Assembly: GCA_038087875.1 (NCBI GenBank)
Contig: CM075992.1
Span: 6,326,001-6,390,000, forward strand
Length of the DNA stretch: 64,000 nucleotides
Direction of reading: 5' to 3'
DNA from: Malacoraja senta
Lineage: Eukaryota
The notes beneath the pieces are model-generated. The model saw nothing but the letters and a program-made list of their open reading frames with translations. It ran no database searches and was not told where the DNA came from. A program made the position numbers and the translations under genes. Of the stretch, positions 25,135-38,149 are shown in pieces (the stretch's first letter is position 1; every line of letters starts with the position of its first letter).

Positions 25135-26663
25135 AACAAGGGGATTTCAGTATAGGAGTAGAGAGCTTCTTCTGAAGTTGTATAGGGCTCTGGTGAGACC
25201 CCATCTGGAGTATTGTGTACAGTTTTGGTCTCCTAATTTGAGGAAGGACATCCTTGTGATTGAGGCAGTGCAGCGTAGGTTCACGAGATTGATCCCTGGG
25301 ATGGCGGGACTGTCATATGAGGAAAGATTGAAAAGACTAGGCTTGTATTCACTGGAGTTTAGAAGGATGAGGGGGGATCTTATAGAAACATATAAAATTA
25401 TAAAAGGACTGGACAAGCTAGATGCAGGGTTAGCCCAACCTATAACAAAAGATATTTGGGATGAATGTTTACAACATATACATCAATGTTCATTAAATGC
25501 CAGACATTCTTTAATACAATTTAAAGTACTACATAGATTGCATTATTCAAAAACAAAATTAAATAGAATCTTTCCTAGTATCTCTCCTATTTGTGATAAA
25601 TGACAATACTTATCGGCTAATTTAACCCATACCTTTGTAAATTGTATAAAAATTAAAAATTATTGGATGGATATTTTTTAAATAATCTCTGTAGTTAATA
25701 CTCAACTGGATCCCGATCCTAAATTAAAAATTTTGGGCATATCAGAACAATACCTAAAACTTACAACAAACCAAAGAAATTTCCTTGACTACAGTATAAT
25801 AATTGGGAAAAAATTAATATTAAAATTTTGGAAAAATCCTGCAACCCCCACAATTAAGATGTGGGTTATGGAGATGTCGGAGACCTTACATTTGGAAAAA
25901 AGTTAGATATGTCTTAATTGACAAACCAGAATTATTTACTAAAATATGGTCTCCATTTATAGATTATCTGAAGGGGTAGACTGGGCCAGCGTGGAGGCCT
26001 GATTGAAACCTGAACCCAGGACTAGATGAATAGTTATGTTTTCTGACCTACGGACCTATCTCCTAAGTTGTATTATTGATAGTTTATCTTACTTTTCTAA
26101 TTTCTTTTCTTTATTTCTTTATTTTTATTATCTATAAATATAAATAAATAATTAGAGGCTACGTTAATATGTAACCGATAAAGGAAGACCCCAGCTACTT
26201 TGGTAACTGGGTACCCGGAACCCTGGATACTTAATATGTAATCGTTATACAAAGTTTGTAATGGGTTGGACTATGATATGCAGATACCTCTAATAGAAAA
26301 TTACAATACAAAAAAAAAAGCTAGATGCAGGAAACATGTTCCCAATGTTGGGCGAGTCCAGAACCAGGGGCCACAGTCTTAGAATATAAGGGAGGCCATT
26401 TAAGACTGAGGTGAGAAAAAACTTTTTCACCCAGAGAGTTGTGAATTTGTGGAATTCCCTGCCACAGAGGGCAGTGGAGGTCAAATCACTGGATGGATTT
26501 AAGAGAGAGTTAGATAGAGCTCTAGGGGCTGGTGGAATCAAGGGATATGGGGAGAAGGCAGGCACGAGTTATTGATTGGGGACGATCAGCCATGATCACA
26601 ATGAATGGCGGTGCTGGCTCGAAGGGCCGAATGGCCTCCTGCACCTATTTTCTATGTTTCTAT
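25135..26663 (+). mobile_element. CR1 3' fragment interrupted by an L1-clade insertion
   Basis: YRALVRPHLEYCVQFWSP...LDKLDAG up to 25428. The CR1 resumes at 26332 and ends in a (TTTCTATG)n tail. Confidence 0.85.
25429..26317 (+). mobile_element. 5'-truncated L1/Tx1-clade LINE (C-terminal Zn-binding region, 3' UTR, polyA)
   Basis: Encodes WDECLQHIHQCSLNARHSLIQFKVLHRLHYSKTKLNRIFPSISPICDK. Has an A-rich tail and a 14-bp TSD AAGCTAGATGCAGG (25415-25428 and 26318-26331). Confidence 0.85.
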
Positions 26664-27417
26664 ACAGTAAAACACTAATCTTGTGAACACATGTTTGTGA
26701 ACCCTGATGTTTCAGCATCTGGCCCTGCTGGGTTAAGTGTGCTGGTTTCACTGGGCCATTCATGATACCACAAAGTTGCTGAAGATTCCTGAAATTATGT
26801 CCGTCTGAAACCACCAAAGGGGCACAGCATGGGGCTAGAGCAGAATTGCAATGATGGCTGATCTAACTGTCCCGCTAAGAGTTGGGTGCAGCTGGGGCCT
26901 TGGCATTCAGCCTCTCAAGGCTGCTCTGCCATTCAGTAAGGTCAAGCCTGATCTACCCTTACAGAGAAACATAGAAAGTAGGTGCACGAGTAGGCCATTC
27001 AGCCCTTCGAGCCAGCAATGCCATTCAATATGATCACGGCTGATCATCCAAAATCAGTACCCCGTTCCTGCTTTCTCCCCACATCCCTTGATTCCACTTG
27101 CCCGAAGAGCGAAATGTAACCCTCTCTTGAATACCCTTTGTCCCTTGGACCACGTGAGAATAGATTCAGTCGGGTTGTTAGAGGAGGGGACTGGCTGGGC
27201 CTCTGCCCAAGGAAGAGGCAGAGGATCCCTAGACCATGCAGGTGTAGCACAGAGGTAACAGAAGGGCAGGAAATATTTCATGCAAATAACATTTGTTGAC
27301 CAGGGTAAAGATCATGTGATAGGAGCAGAATTAGGCCATTTGGCCCGAGGCTATTCCGCCCTTCTTATCATTGCTGATCTATCTCTCCCCATTCTCCTAA
27401 CCCCATTCTCCTGCTTT

Positions 27418-27850
27418 CACCTGGATCTCCTGCCATCAGGCAAGAGATATCGCAGCATCAAAGCCCGGACTACAAGACTGCTAAACAGCTTCCTGCCATA
27501 TGCTGTGAGGCTGCTAAACAGCCACTCTGTACTCACAGTCACCTGATTCTGCGGCTTGGCACGGACACTATAATAACTGGCACTGGCCACTTCAATAACT
27601 GGCACTGGCCACTCAAATCAGCCACCCCGGACATGTTTATGATTGGTCTCACTGTATTTTAACGTTGTTTGTATCTATTTTAACTTATACTGTTCCATCA
27701 GGGACTGGATTGTTTTAGTGTTGTTATTATTATTATTATGTGTGAAATGTTTTAAAACGTCATGTGCGATGCTCCGGTATTCCCTGGGAAACGTCTTTTC
27801 GTTTTGCACTGCACAACTGTTGCTTGCAAGATGACAATAAAGGAATTGAA
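27418..27850 (+). mobile_element. Rex1/Babar-type 3' fragment inserted in a minus-strand CR1 tail
   Basis: Encodes DLLPSGKRYRSIKARTTRLLNSFLPYAVRLLNSH, with AATAAA near 27836. Confidence 0.7.
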
Positions 27851-28171
27851 TTTCTCCCCATAACCCCCGACACCTGTACTAATCCAGAATCTATCTGTCT
27901 CTGCCTTAAAAACATCCATCGACGAGCCTCCCACAACGTTTCTGTAGCAATGAATTCCACAGATTCACCACCCTCTGACCAAGTATTGAAGGCATTGGCG
28001 GTGTTACAGAGGTAAATGGGAAATGAATGAGAGGAGGAAACATTGAGTTAAGGTGGGACACGATGAGGCTACAACCATAGGTATACAGTTATCATCTTAG
28101 TCGTCTTCTGTTGTCTAAACATAGGAATGTGAGTGGTAATGCATTTTTCCCCTCTGTGCTCTTTTTTAAAG

Positions 28172-28283
28172 CCAGCACAAAGGCCTTCTCAGCAAGCACC
28201 CTCCCGGGCATCCACACCAAGGACATTGCCAGCTGCCCCCAACGGCTCAGAAAGCCCAGCACCAAAGCAAATGTCAGGCAAAG
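28172..28283 (+). CDS. CC2D1A: CC2D1A coding exon (linker)
   Basis: ttttttaaag|...|gtaaga. 112 nt, phase 0 to 1 as required by the neighbouring exons. Encodes PAQRPSQQAPSRASTPRTLPAAPNGSESPAPKQMSGK. Confidence 0.82.
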
Positions 28284-29101
28284 GTAAGATTGAAATTGAA
28301 CTTTGGAGAGCAGCCTCACACTGTGAAATATCCCAGGTGCAGAGTCAGTTCTGGTTTTGGGGTTTTCATTCATTGCAAGCTCTTCTGCGGCACCAAAGTT
28401 ATTGTAAGCAAGGGTCTATTGTCTGGATCAACGCTCCTTTATCATTGTCGATTGAGATAGAGCGAGGCGACTGGCCCACCAAGCCCACGCCGAGCATCGG
28501 TCGCCCATTGCACTAGTTCTATGTTGTCCCACTTTCTCATCTGCCATACTAGGGGAAATTTACATGAGCTAATTAACCTAATTAAGTTGCATGTCTTTGG
28601 AATGTGGGAGGACATCCGATCACCTGGAGAACACCCACACGGTCACAGAAAGAAGGTACAAATTCCCTGCAGACGGCACCCATAGTGAGGATCAAACCCG
28701 AGTCTCTGGCGCTGTAATGCAGCTCCGCAGCTGCGCCATCGTGCCGCCCTCTAGAGCAACTACTTCCCTCTCCCCTCTCATTCCTGATGCTGGGTCTCGA
28801 CCTGTGGGGATTCCTTCCCCCCCCCCCATCCCCACAGATGCTGCTCGATCTGTTGGCTTTACAATCCAGCGGATTGTTAGTTGTTCAATGGAACTAGACT
28901 GTTTTGTTTCTATTTCCTGTCCTCCTGCCTCTGGCAAGATCCCTTGCCACTCCAACTCTGTCCCTCCCTCTAACCTGGTGTTACATCCGTGTGGGTCGAA
29001 GGCCGCGCGTCCTCGCACGCTTGGCTCGGTGCCTCCTGGCTTCGTGCTTGCCACATTGCAAACATTTCTAAACCCCTCCTTGTGTTCTTTTCACCCGGCA
29101 G

Positions 29102-29274
29102 CTCAGCAGCAGTTGCAGTTCTTGCAGAACAGGAAAAAGCAGTTCATGCAAGCAGCGCTGCAGAAGAAGCAGAAGAACGACATTGAAGGAGCAAAGTTGT
29201 ATCTTCGACAGGCTAAAGGCCTGGACCCTATGATTGAAGCTGCTAAAGGAGGGCTGCCTGTAGATATTACCAAG
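29102..29274 (+). CDS. CC2D1A: CC2D1A coding exon (DM14 repeat 4)
   Basis: cggcag|...|gtaaat. 173 nt, encodes AQQQLQFLQNRKKQFMQAALQKKQKNDIEGAKLYLRQAKGLDPMIEAAKGGLPVDITK. Confidence 0.94.
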
Positions 29275-30125
29275 GTAAATCGATTGATTGAAAGATACAG
29301 CATGGAAACGGGCTATTCCGATGGTCCACGCTGACCATCGATCGCCCCATCACACTAGTTCTATGTTATCCCACTTTTGCATCCACTCCCTACACACTAT
29401 GAGCAATTTGCGGAGGGCCAATTAACCTACAAACCTGCATGTCTTTGGGATGTGGGAGAAAACCCATGCGGTCAAGGGAGAATGTGTAAACTCCACACAG
29501 ACAGCAGCCGAGGTCAGGATGGAACCCGGGTCTCCGGAGCTGTGGGGCACCAGCTCTACCAGCTGCACCAGTGTTTCACTAAATATTATCATGGTGCCAT
29601 TTTATGCCCATCTGAAAGAATCTTTAATTATCACCCAAAAAGATGGCAGGAAATGTCGCTGCATTTTATTTTTGTTTCACGACTGGGGTGCACGACTTGA
29701 GTTGATCTGTTCCACGAGTTTGTGCTGTTGTCAGTATACTGGCAGTCGGGATTAGTAGACAGGCTAGTAATCTGGCCAAGTCCATGCCTGCTTCCAGATG
29801 TGGTGTACAGCGAGGTAACCCAGAGGAGACGCAAGGGGCTGCAGATGCTGGAATCGAAAGCATAAAACAAACTGTTGGGGGAACTCAGCTAGTTATGCAC
29901 CACCTGAATAGGGAAAATGGACATACAGGTTTCGGAACTGAAGAAGGATCCCAACCAGAAACCACCATTATTTCTTTCCACAGATACTGTCTGATCCACT
30001 GAGTCCTCCAGCAGTTAGCTTTTTGGTGACCATAGATGTAGTTTGGCTCAACCCTGTTAACAATGAGAGTGGGCGGATTAACAAATGAGCAGTGCTGAAC
30101 CCTTCACCACTCCTTAAATTTCTAG

Positions 30126-30248
30126 GTACCTGCACCCCCGGAAAATGTGGAAGACTTTGTGTTGGTGCGGCAAAGAGGGGTGAATGTGCCCCAGAAAACT
30201 ACAGAACAATACGGTCACCTGATGGAAGTTCTGAAACAGCAGTATGAG
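30126..30248 (+). CDS. CC2D1A: CC2D1A coding exon
   Basis: ttctag|...|gtaaaa. 123 nt, encodes VPAPPENVEDFVLVRQRGVNVPQKTTEQYGHLMEVLKQQYE. Confidence 0.9.
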
Positions 30249-30713
30249 GTAAAACAGCGACTCGACAAAAACATTGGGGAAGACACTAGTGCAAAGTATT
30301 AGTCAGTCTGAAGAATGGTCCTGACCCAAAATGTCACCTATCCATGTTCTCCAGGGATGATGGTTGACCCGCTGAGTTACTCCAGCACTCTGTGTCATTT
30401 TCCTCAAAGCATTAGAGTCTGATTATGATAATAATAATAATGATCTTATTATGATCCTCACTCATAAACAGATGATAATTTATCCACTCTGGTTCCAGGG
30501 GTTCTTATGTAGTCGGGTGGGAACCACAGACTCATTCACAGGCCAACTTTGGTTTAGACAAGTGAAGAAAGTACTTTTTTTTTTTAGTCAAATATACCAA
30601 CTTAAACTTGTGCAAGTTAAACTCCTCTGAAGATGAGATATATGTTTGGGAAAATTTTGCTCCACCATGGTGTACACTAATGATGTTATATATATATATG
30701 TGTCTGCCTACAG

Positions 30714-30772
30714 AAGTGCATGATGTACTCCAAGCAATACACACACCTTGGCAGCGTGTCTGAGACCACCAA
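30714..30772 (+). CDS. CC2D1A: CC2D1A coding exon
   Basis: ctacag|...|gtgagt. 59 nt, encodes KCMMYSKQYTHLGSVSETT(K). Confidence 0.88.
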
Positions 30773-31869
30773 GTGAGTGTCTATACTTTCACCCTTTACC
30801 ATCCGTGATTAAGTAGTTGATTTTTCTGAAGTAACTCTGAAGGTATCGCCAGGACAAGACGCAGTAAATCTCCCAATAATCCCACCCCTACTTATCCGGT
30901 TGTTTGGGAATTTTGATGGATTGGCATCCGATTTACTGAGACTCCGTTTCAACTAGGGGGTTCACTGGAAAGTGAGTAAGAAAAGAAAAAAGATGAAATT
31001 ATGAAGTAACATACAACAGTCTTCAAACTCTGCTAATCTGGCCCCGTCAAAGTCTCAAGGGTAATTGTAATTCCGTTGGGTGCAACTCTTGTGGTTTGTA
31101 TAGTTCTGTCGGCATTGTATTGTAGCTGATTTGCCTAATTTTACAGTTTTGCCCAGTGGAGTGCAAATTGGTGACCCCCATTGGATCTCCATTTTGTTCG
31201 ACATTGCTCATAGTCGTACAGCATGGAAGCAGGCCTTTCATGATCTGATAGACACAAAATGCTGGAGTAACTCAGTGGGACGGGCAGTATCTCTGGAGAG
31301 AAGGAATGGGTGACCCTTCTGAAGAAATGCCTCAACCCAAAAGGTCACAATAGACAATCGGTGCAGGAGTAGGCCATTCGGCCCTTCGAGCCAGCACTGC
31401 CTTTCAATGGCTGATCATCCCCAATCAGTACCCTGTTCCTGCCTTCTCCCCATATCCCCTGACTGCTATTTTTAAGAGCCCTATCTAGCTCTCTTGAAAG
31501 CATTGTATTCCTTCTCTCCAAAGATGCTGCCTGCCCCACTGAGTTACTCCAACATTTTGTGACTTATCTTCGGTGTAAATGGCATCTGCCGTTCCTTCCT
31601 ACACATTTCATGGTCTTATGATTTGAGAAAAGAGAAACACGATTAATCTTTCAGGTCAGAGATCCCTGCGAGTCGGTTCTGATGGTAAAGTCTTTGCTCT
31701 GAATCTTAAGTCTGTTTCTGTTTCTCAAAATGCTGCCCAGCATGCTGAGCATTTCCAAGATGTCCTACTTTTAGATCAGATTTCCAGCATCTCGAGTGTT
31801 TATTTGATTTAACAATTTTAGCAGCCGTGACATTCATTTGTTGAAGATGGATTGATGATCTTCATAACC

Positions 31870-32009
31870 TCTTCTTCTTGCGTATGGCGTGCACAGCCTA
31901 AAGTTGTAGGACAACTTGTTCTATTTGATCTTATTTGATTGTGCGCGCCAGGTTGATTGCATTCGTCGAAACAGGGAGGACCACATGAAGGTTGCAATCT
32001 CCCACCCCG
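31870..32009 (-). mobile_element. Short retroposed element with (AAG)n tail and 11-bp TSD
   Basis: The minus strand ends ...CGCCATACGCAAGAAGAAGA. TSD TCTTCATAACC at 31859-31869 and 32010-32020. Confidence 0.75.
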
Positions 32010-32554
32010 TCTTCATAACCATTCAAATGAATTCAAAACCGCTCTTAAAACCCATCGTGTTAAACGAGCTTATTCATTTTAACAGCAACAACTGCATTTT
32101 ATTTTATATAATTTTAAACTCGTGCTATGCTTTGTTGCTTATTGTATGTTTATTACTGATATTATGTGATGTAAGGTGACCTTGAGTGTCTTGAAAGGCG
32201 CCATTAATTAAAATGTATTATTATTATTATTCTACCATAAACAGTATGTGTAGGAAGGAACTGCAGATGCTGGTTTACAGATAGACACAAAATGCTGGAG
32301 TAACTGAGCGGATCAGGCGGCATCTCTTGATAGAAGGAATGGGTGACGTTTCGGGTCGAGACCTTTCTCAGACTGAGACTGAGATCTCGACCCAAAACTT
32401 CACCCATTCCTTCTATCAAGAGATGCTGCCTGTTCCGCTGAGTTACTCCAGCATTTTGTGCCTACCATAATAAACACTACATTTGTATGGAAGATTGTCC
32501 AGGAAGGGATTATTCTCTCGTCAATTCATTCCTCTGCTTGTTTGTGTTTTAAAG

Positions 32555-32671
32555 GTTTGAGAAAATGGCAGATGATTGCAAAAAGAATATAGAGATCCTG
32601 AAGCAGGCACATGCCCAGGGCTGCCCACTACCCAGATACCACCAGGAGGAGAGGACCTTCCAGGTTGTCAA
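32555..32671 (+). CDS. CC2D1A: CC2D1A coding exon
   Basis: tttaaag|...|gtgagt. 117 nt, encodes FEKMADDCKKNIEILKQAHAQGCPLPRYHQEERTFQVV(K). Confidence 0.93.
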
Positions 32672-33817
32672 GTGAGTAGCAGCTCGAGAGATGTGCAGAA
32701 GGTTTCAGAGCAATCGGCTGGATTCATTCGCTCCTACTGTTAAACATTGTTTAAATTATGTTTTAACAACTTTGAGTAATATTGCAAAGTCAATTGATAT
32801 TTTGAAGGCAGAGATGGCTAGATTCTTGATTAATACATGGTCAGGGGTTATGTGGAATAGGCAGGAGAATGGGTTTAGGAGGGAGAGATAGATCAGCCAT
32901 GATTGAATGGTGGAGTAGACTTGATGGGCCTAATGGGCTAATTCTACTCCTATCACTTATGATCTTATGAACTTTTAAAATGCAAATCTTAATCATATAG
33001 CCTAATAATGAGTCTAAATATGCACCAAACGCAGGCAGGTGGGACTAGCACAGCTGGGGCACGTTGGCCGGAGTGTGTAGGTTGGGCCAAAGGGCCTGTT
33101 TCCACACTATCACTCTGTGACTCCGACTCCAAATGTTAACAACCAAACCATACAGTAAAATGCAAAGTGCTGGAGGAATTCGGCGAGTCAGGCAGCCTCT
33201 GGTAAGGTTTCGGAGTAATTGGCCTGATTCTACTGTTGAAAATTGTTCAAATTATTTTTGAACGATTACGTCTGAGTAATATTAAAATGCCAATCTTAGT
33301 CATATGATGTTGTAGGTTGTCCACAAAGCTGCAATCAAAATATTACTTTGAGTGACTTAAATCATCTCTTGATGTGTTAAGGATGCTGGCAAGGATCATC
33401 TATGCTTCGTACGTCTGGCTTGGGACTCCAGTGCTTGATCCTTTACTCCTTCCTGGTATAATTTGGAAATCCACTTCAACTAGGAATTGGCAATAAATGT
33501 CCTTGCCAGCATTCCCCCCCAATATCCCATGAACAATTTACTGAAACAATCCAGGAAAGCGCTGTATTTAAAATCTGAAACTATACACCAAATGGCATAT
33601 TGGCTCTTATTTTAGTTTTTTGGAGTCCAGTAATAGGAATTATTTTGACACAAATACTGGGTGTGATGGTGGGGCCACCTCTGGAGTAATCGGTATGGCT
33701 TTGTCTCCTTATCTGTGAAAACATAGCCAGTCTGAAAGTGATTTGCCAGAGTTTGAAAGTCTTTGGCTCGGGTGATGCAGAAAGATGTTTTGACGTCTGT
33801 TTTTAACTTTGTTTCAG

Positions 33818-33891
33818 GATATTTCCTGACCTCTCAAACAGTGACCTGGTACTTTTTATCGTTAAAGGAATCAACCTGCCTCCTCCTCCAG
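33818..33891 (+). CDS. CC2D1A: CC2D1A coding exon (C2 domain start)
   Basis: tttcag|...|gtaaca. 74 nt, encodes IFPDLSNSDLVLFIVKGINLPPPP. Confidence 0.93.
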
Positions 33892-34243
33892 GTAACACCG
33901 TTGACCTAACAGTTTACCAACTCTAACTTGTCCAGAAGGAAGGATAACGTTGACCATTAGAGCGAGCAGCATGACTAAGCCAGAGCAGCTGGTGCTTGCT
34001 TTAGCTCTTGTCCCTCCAGGGTGTTCAGGGAGGGACTAAGACCAGAGGTCATAGCCAGAATTAAAGGACGTTCATTTAGGAAGGAGATGAGGAGAAATTT
34101 CTTTAGTCGGAGGGTGGTGAATCTGTGGAATTCTTTGCCACCGGCTGTGGAGGCCGTCAGTGGATATTTTGAAGGCAGAGATAGATAGATAGATTCTTGA
34201 TTAGTACAGGTGTCAGAGGTTATGGGGAGAAGGTAGGAGAATG

Positions 34244-35289
34244 TAGCAATGTTACAACATTTTGAGATTTTAAAAATCAAGTCTGCAATTTATCCCATCA
34301 GATAAAGCATAAAAAGAAGTTTAATTTGACACCTAATTCACTTTCATATCTTCAGTATTAAAAAAGTTATGGCCATTTTCATACTCGGAAATTAGCATCT
34401 TGTTCCCTATTGCTTTTCCATTGACTTAACACAAAAGCTGTGATCGAGGACAGTCAAAAGCCCATATCTTTCTTAAAAATTAAGAGAACTGAAAGAAATG
34501 TTCAGTTATTATAGATTGAAGCATTCTGAAACAAATATGAAACAATCTTACTTAGATTGCATGAAATTAAAGCATATAATTAGTTAGTTACCTAATTGTA
34601 GCTAATTACAAAATTCAATTACTAGATCTAAACATCTATCAATTTCTTAAGAATAGATTAACATTTTTAAATAGCCTAAGTGTCCAAATAACATTCACAC
34701 AAGAATTCACAATATAACATAATTTTTAAATCTCATTGTCATGGATTTACAGGCCAAATGGAAGGAATTTAATGTTTAATACCTGTAAATTAATGGGCAT
34801 TTAAATCATTTTGCGAGTGAGGTTTTCTGGAACGCGATCAATTGGAACGTTGATTTGCGGTGAATTTAACCCCGTGTCAGCATGAAAAATTCTGCCGTTA
34901 CTTCGGGGAAAAGAATCACCGTTTCGCATTAAAAAATATGAATTAAAGGCTTCTTAAGAAGCACTTTTATGCATTAAAATAAACTACTTTTGTTTACCTG
35001 TCCCATGTGTGAAATCCGTCCCCGTTTATCGGCGTTGACGGCTTTCGAAGCTGATTTTAAAATGACTCCAGAGCTGACATTGTCGATTTAATAAAAATAA
35101 AAAATACACAAAACCCCCGTAGGAACGATTTTTCAGCAAACGCTGGCACTCCAACGAAATATAATACAGGACAAGGTAGGAGAAACCCGCGTTTTAACCC
35201 CGCCCCCCCCCCTTAAAGGCGCCAAAATCGCGCACACGGCCAGTGGCAGAATTACAGCGCCGCTGAAGGTAAGTATTGTAACATACCTA
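34244..35289. mobile_element. About 1.05-kb AT-rich non-autonomous DNA transposon (hAT-like TIRs) inserted in a CR1 tail
   Basis: TIRs TAGCAATGTTACAA / TTGTAACATACCTA. Duplication GAGAATG at 34237-34243 and 35290-35296. The host sequence rejoins cleanly when the element is removed. Confidence 0.75.
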
Positions 35290-35448
35290 GAGAATGGGGT
35301 TAAGAGGGAGAGATAGGTCAGCCATGATTGAATGGTGGAGTAGACTTGATGCATCTCTGAAGAGAAGGAATGGGCGACGTTTCGGGTCGAGACCCTTCTT
35401 CAGTGAGGTGCAGTGTGATACAAAATGACTGCTTTCTTTTCCCTACAG

Positions 35449-35507
35449 GTGTTGCATCAAATGACCTAGATGCCTTTGTCAAGTTTGAGTTTGCCTTCCC
35501 AAACACG
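35449..35507 (+). CDS. CC2D1A: CC2D1A coding exon (C2)
   Basis: ctacag|...|gtaagt. 59 nt, encodes GVASNDLDAFVKFEFAFPNT. Confidence 0.92.
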
Positions 35508-36312
35508 GTAAGTACAACCATGCTCAGAACATAGCATAGAAGATAGACACAAAATGCTGGAGTAACTCAGCGGGTCAGGCATCATCTCTGGAGGACGAGA
35601 ATAGTAATGTTTCCCGTCGAGACCCTTCTTCAGACTCCCCCTATCACCTATCACTTGCCAGGCTTTGTCCCGCCCGTACCTCCCTTCCATCTTTTTCTCC
35701 GTCTACAACCAGTCTGAAGAAGGGTCTCTTACCCCAAAACATCACCCTGTGATGTTAAGTTGCCCAAATCTCCTTTGCCTACACGTGAACCATATCCCTC
35801 TATTCCCTCAAGAGCAGCACGTTTGCCCCACACACAAAAACATATATTCTACATAAATTAATACATACATACACAGGAGGATATGGTGATGCAGCGGTAG
35901 AGACCCAGGTTCAATCCTGACTACGGGTGCTGTCTGTACGGAGTTTGTACGTTCTCCCTGTGACCCTGTGGGTTTTCTCCGGGTGCTCCGGTTTCCTACC
36001 ACATTCAAACAACGTACAGGTTTGTAGGTTAATTGGCCTTGGTAAAAATTGTAAATAGTTTCTGGTATGTAGGGTAAAACTAGTGTATGGGGTGTTCGCT
36101 TGTCTGTGTGTACTCGGTGGGCTACCAGGCCTGTTTCCACGCTGCTTCTCCAAAGTCCAAAGTGCTTTTAAGATGCTGTGAACTGCTGCCGCCATGGTGT
36201 TTAAGAAGGAACTGCAGGTGCTGGAAAATCGAAGGGAGACAAAAATGCTGGAGAAACCACAGCGGGTTCATAGACGCTGCCGCCATGGTGATCACTTTGT
36301 TCCTTTCAACAG

Positions 36313-36364
36313 GAAGAAGCCCAGAAAGACAAAACCAATGTTGTGAAGAACACTAACTGCCCAG
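36313..36364 (+). CDS. CC2D1A: CC2D1A coding exon (C2)
   Basis: caacag|...|gtatgt. 52 nt, encodes EEAQKDKTNVVKNTNCP. Confidence 0.92.
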
Positions 36365-37540
36365 GTATGTGAGGCAGCGGAGCCGCGGCTGCCACTGTTG
36401 TTGGCTTGTGTGTCAGCTTGTACGTTTGCACCGTCAATGGTGGCTCACAGCGACGTCTGTACGTCCAAGGTGCCATCATTCGCCCCATGTATGAAACGTC
36501 ACGTCATCAAGGCTTGCACGGCTGTACTGAGGCAGTGGTGCATTCTTAGAGAAGCACTTTTTTTTTCAGGCCGACATTAAACAAAGCACTGATGCAAATA
36601 ATCGCTTTGCATTATTGCACGAATCGCGTGTGAGGATTTTTTTTTTTTACTCTTTTGGACACAGAAAATGGAATTTACTGAAGAGAGAGATGAGAGGTGA
36701 TGCAACCGGGAGGTGCAGCTAAGCAAGGGAATGCACACGAAAAGACAAATGCTGGAGTAACTCAGCGGGTCAGGTAGCAATGTGGATAGGTCATGTTTTG
36801 GGTTCCCAACTTGAAAGGCCTCCTATCCATGTTGCTCCATAGATGCTGCCTGACCCATTGAGTTACCCCAGCACTTGTGTCTTTTTTTTGTAAGCCAACA
36901 TCTGCAGTTACCTTTTTCTGCAATGGAATGCACGATATTGATTGTAGGCACAAAATGCTGGAATGGAGGGTATTAGCTACAGGGAGAGGTTGAAGAAACT
37001 TGGATTGTTTTCTATAGAATGCCAGAGATTGCGGGAGACCTGGTAGAAATATTAAGAGAAGCATAGACAGTGAGAACCTTTTTCCCAGGATAGGAAAAAA
37101 CAAATACTAAAAGCATAGATTGAAGGTGAGAGGGGCAGAGTATAAAAAATGTACAGGGTAGGTTGGTGAAGGTCTGTGATGCGCTGCCAGGGGTGGTGAT
37201 GGAGGAAGACACAATAGTGACATTGAAGTGACTTTTGGATAAACACGAGGATATGGAGGGGTAAGGACAATGCTCAAGGTTAGATCTTTGTATCTAGTTT
37301 GGCACAGTCCTGATGCACTGTTCTATGTTTGAAAGTGGTCACCATTGAGCAGCAGTAAAGCCCAGTGACCAGGGTCTCGGTGGGATGTCGGGCAGACAAC
37401 TCACTGACCGCTCTGCTGTCCCACTGGAGCTTGTGCTGGTTTGGTGGGAGCCATGGAAGCTCTCGACAATCCACTCGTTTCTATTTGAATGCTGGCTCAT
37501 TGTGTAGCCTGCTATAATTGCACTTTTGTTTGCCTTCTAG

Positions 37541-37640
37541 AATTCCAAGAGGAGTTTAAATTGAACATCAACCGAGAACACCGAGCATTCAAACGGGTGG
37601 TACAGACCAAAGGAATTAAATTTGAGATACTTCATAAAGG
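37541..37640 (+). CDS. CC2D1A: CC2D1A coding exon (C2)
   Basis: ttctag|...|gtatga. 100 nt, encodes EFQEEFKLNINREHRAFKRVVQTKGIKFEILHK(G). Confidence 0.93.
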
Positions 37641-37825
37641 GTATGAATTTGCGCTTCAGAGCACTATTTCAGTGACTAGATGGTTGGGTTAATGCCGATT
37701 TAGATTATACATGATGTTAATGAACTTGACACTTGGATGGGGCATCTTGGTTGGCGTGGTGGGTTGGGCCAAAGGTCACGTTCCTGTGCTGTATGACTTG
37801 ACACGGCAAACACTGCAGAGAGTTA

Positions 37826-38007
37826 AGGGCCTGTCCCACTTGGCTGTCATTCGCGCGCCATTTACGTGACCTGCTAGCGCGGGACGGGCGCATGGAGTGG
37901 TGTGGAGGAGTGCGGAGTGGCGTGGAGGAGTGTGGACTTCGTCCTGCACGAAATCTTCGCGCGCCACCGGCCTGTCGCGTAACTGACGGCCAAAGTGGGA
38001 CAGGCCC
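37826..38007. mobile_element. Harbinger-type MITE with a GC-rich interior (may extend to about 38380)
   Basis: AGGGCCTGTCCCACTTGGC ... GCCAAAGTGGGACAGGCCC. TTA on the left, no clear TSD on the right. Confidence 0.6.
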
Positions 38008-38149
38008 AAGACCCTGGTGCGACGCAACGTCTCACCTCCAACAGCAGCAGAAGCAGGCGAACGATCGCCGAGCTCGGCTGGGGCTCACGGCCGTTGCGGA
38101 TCCGGATCCGCCCCCATTCCTACTCCCAGAGCGGGGCCAAGACGATTGG

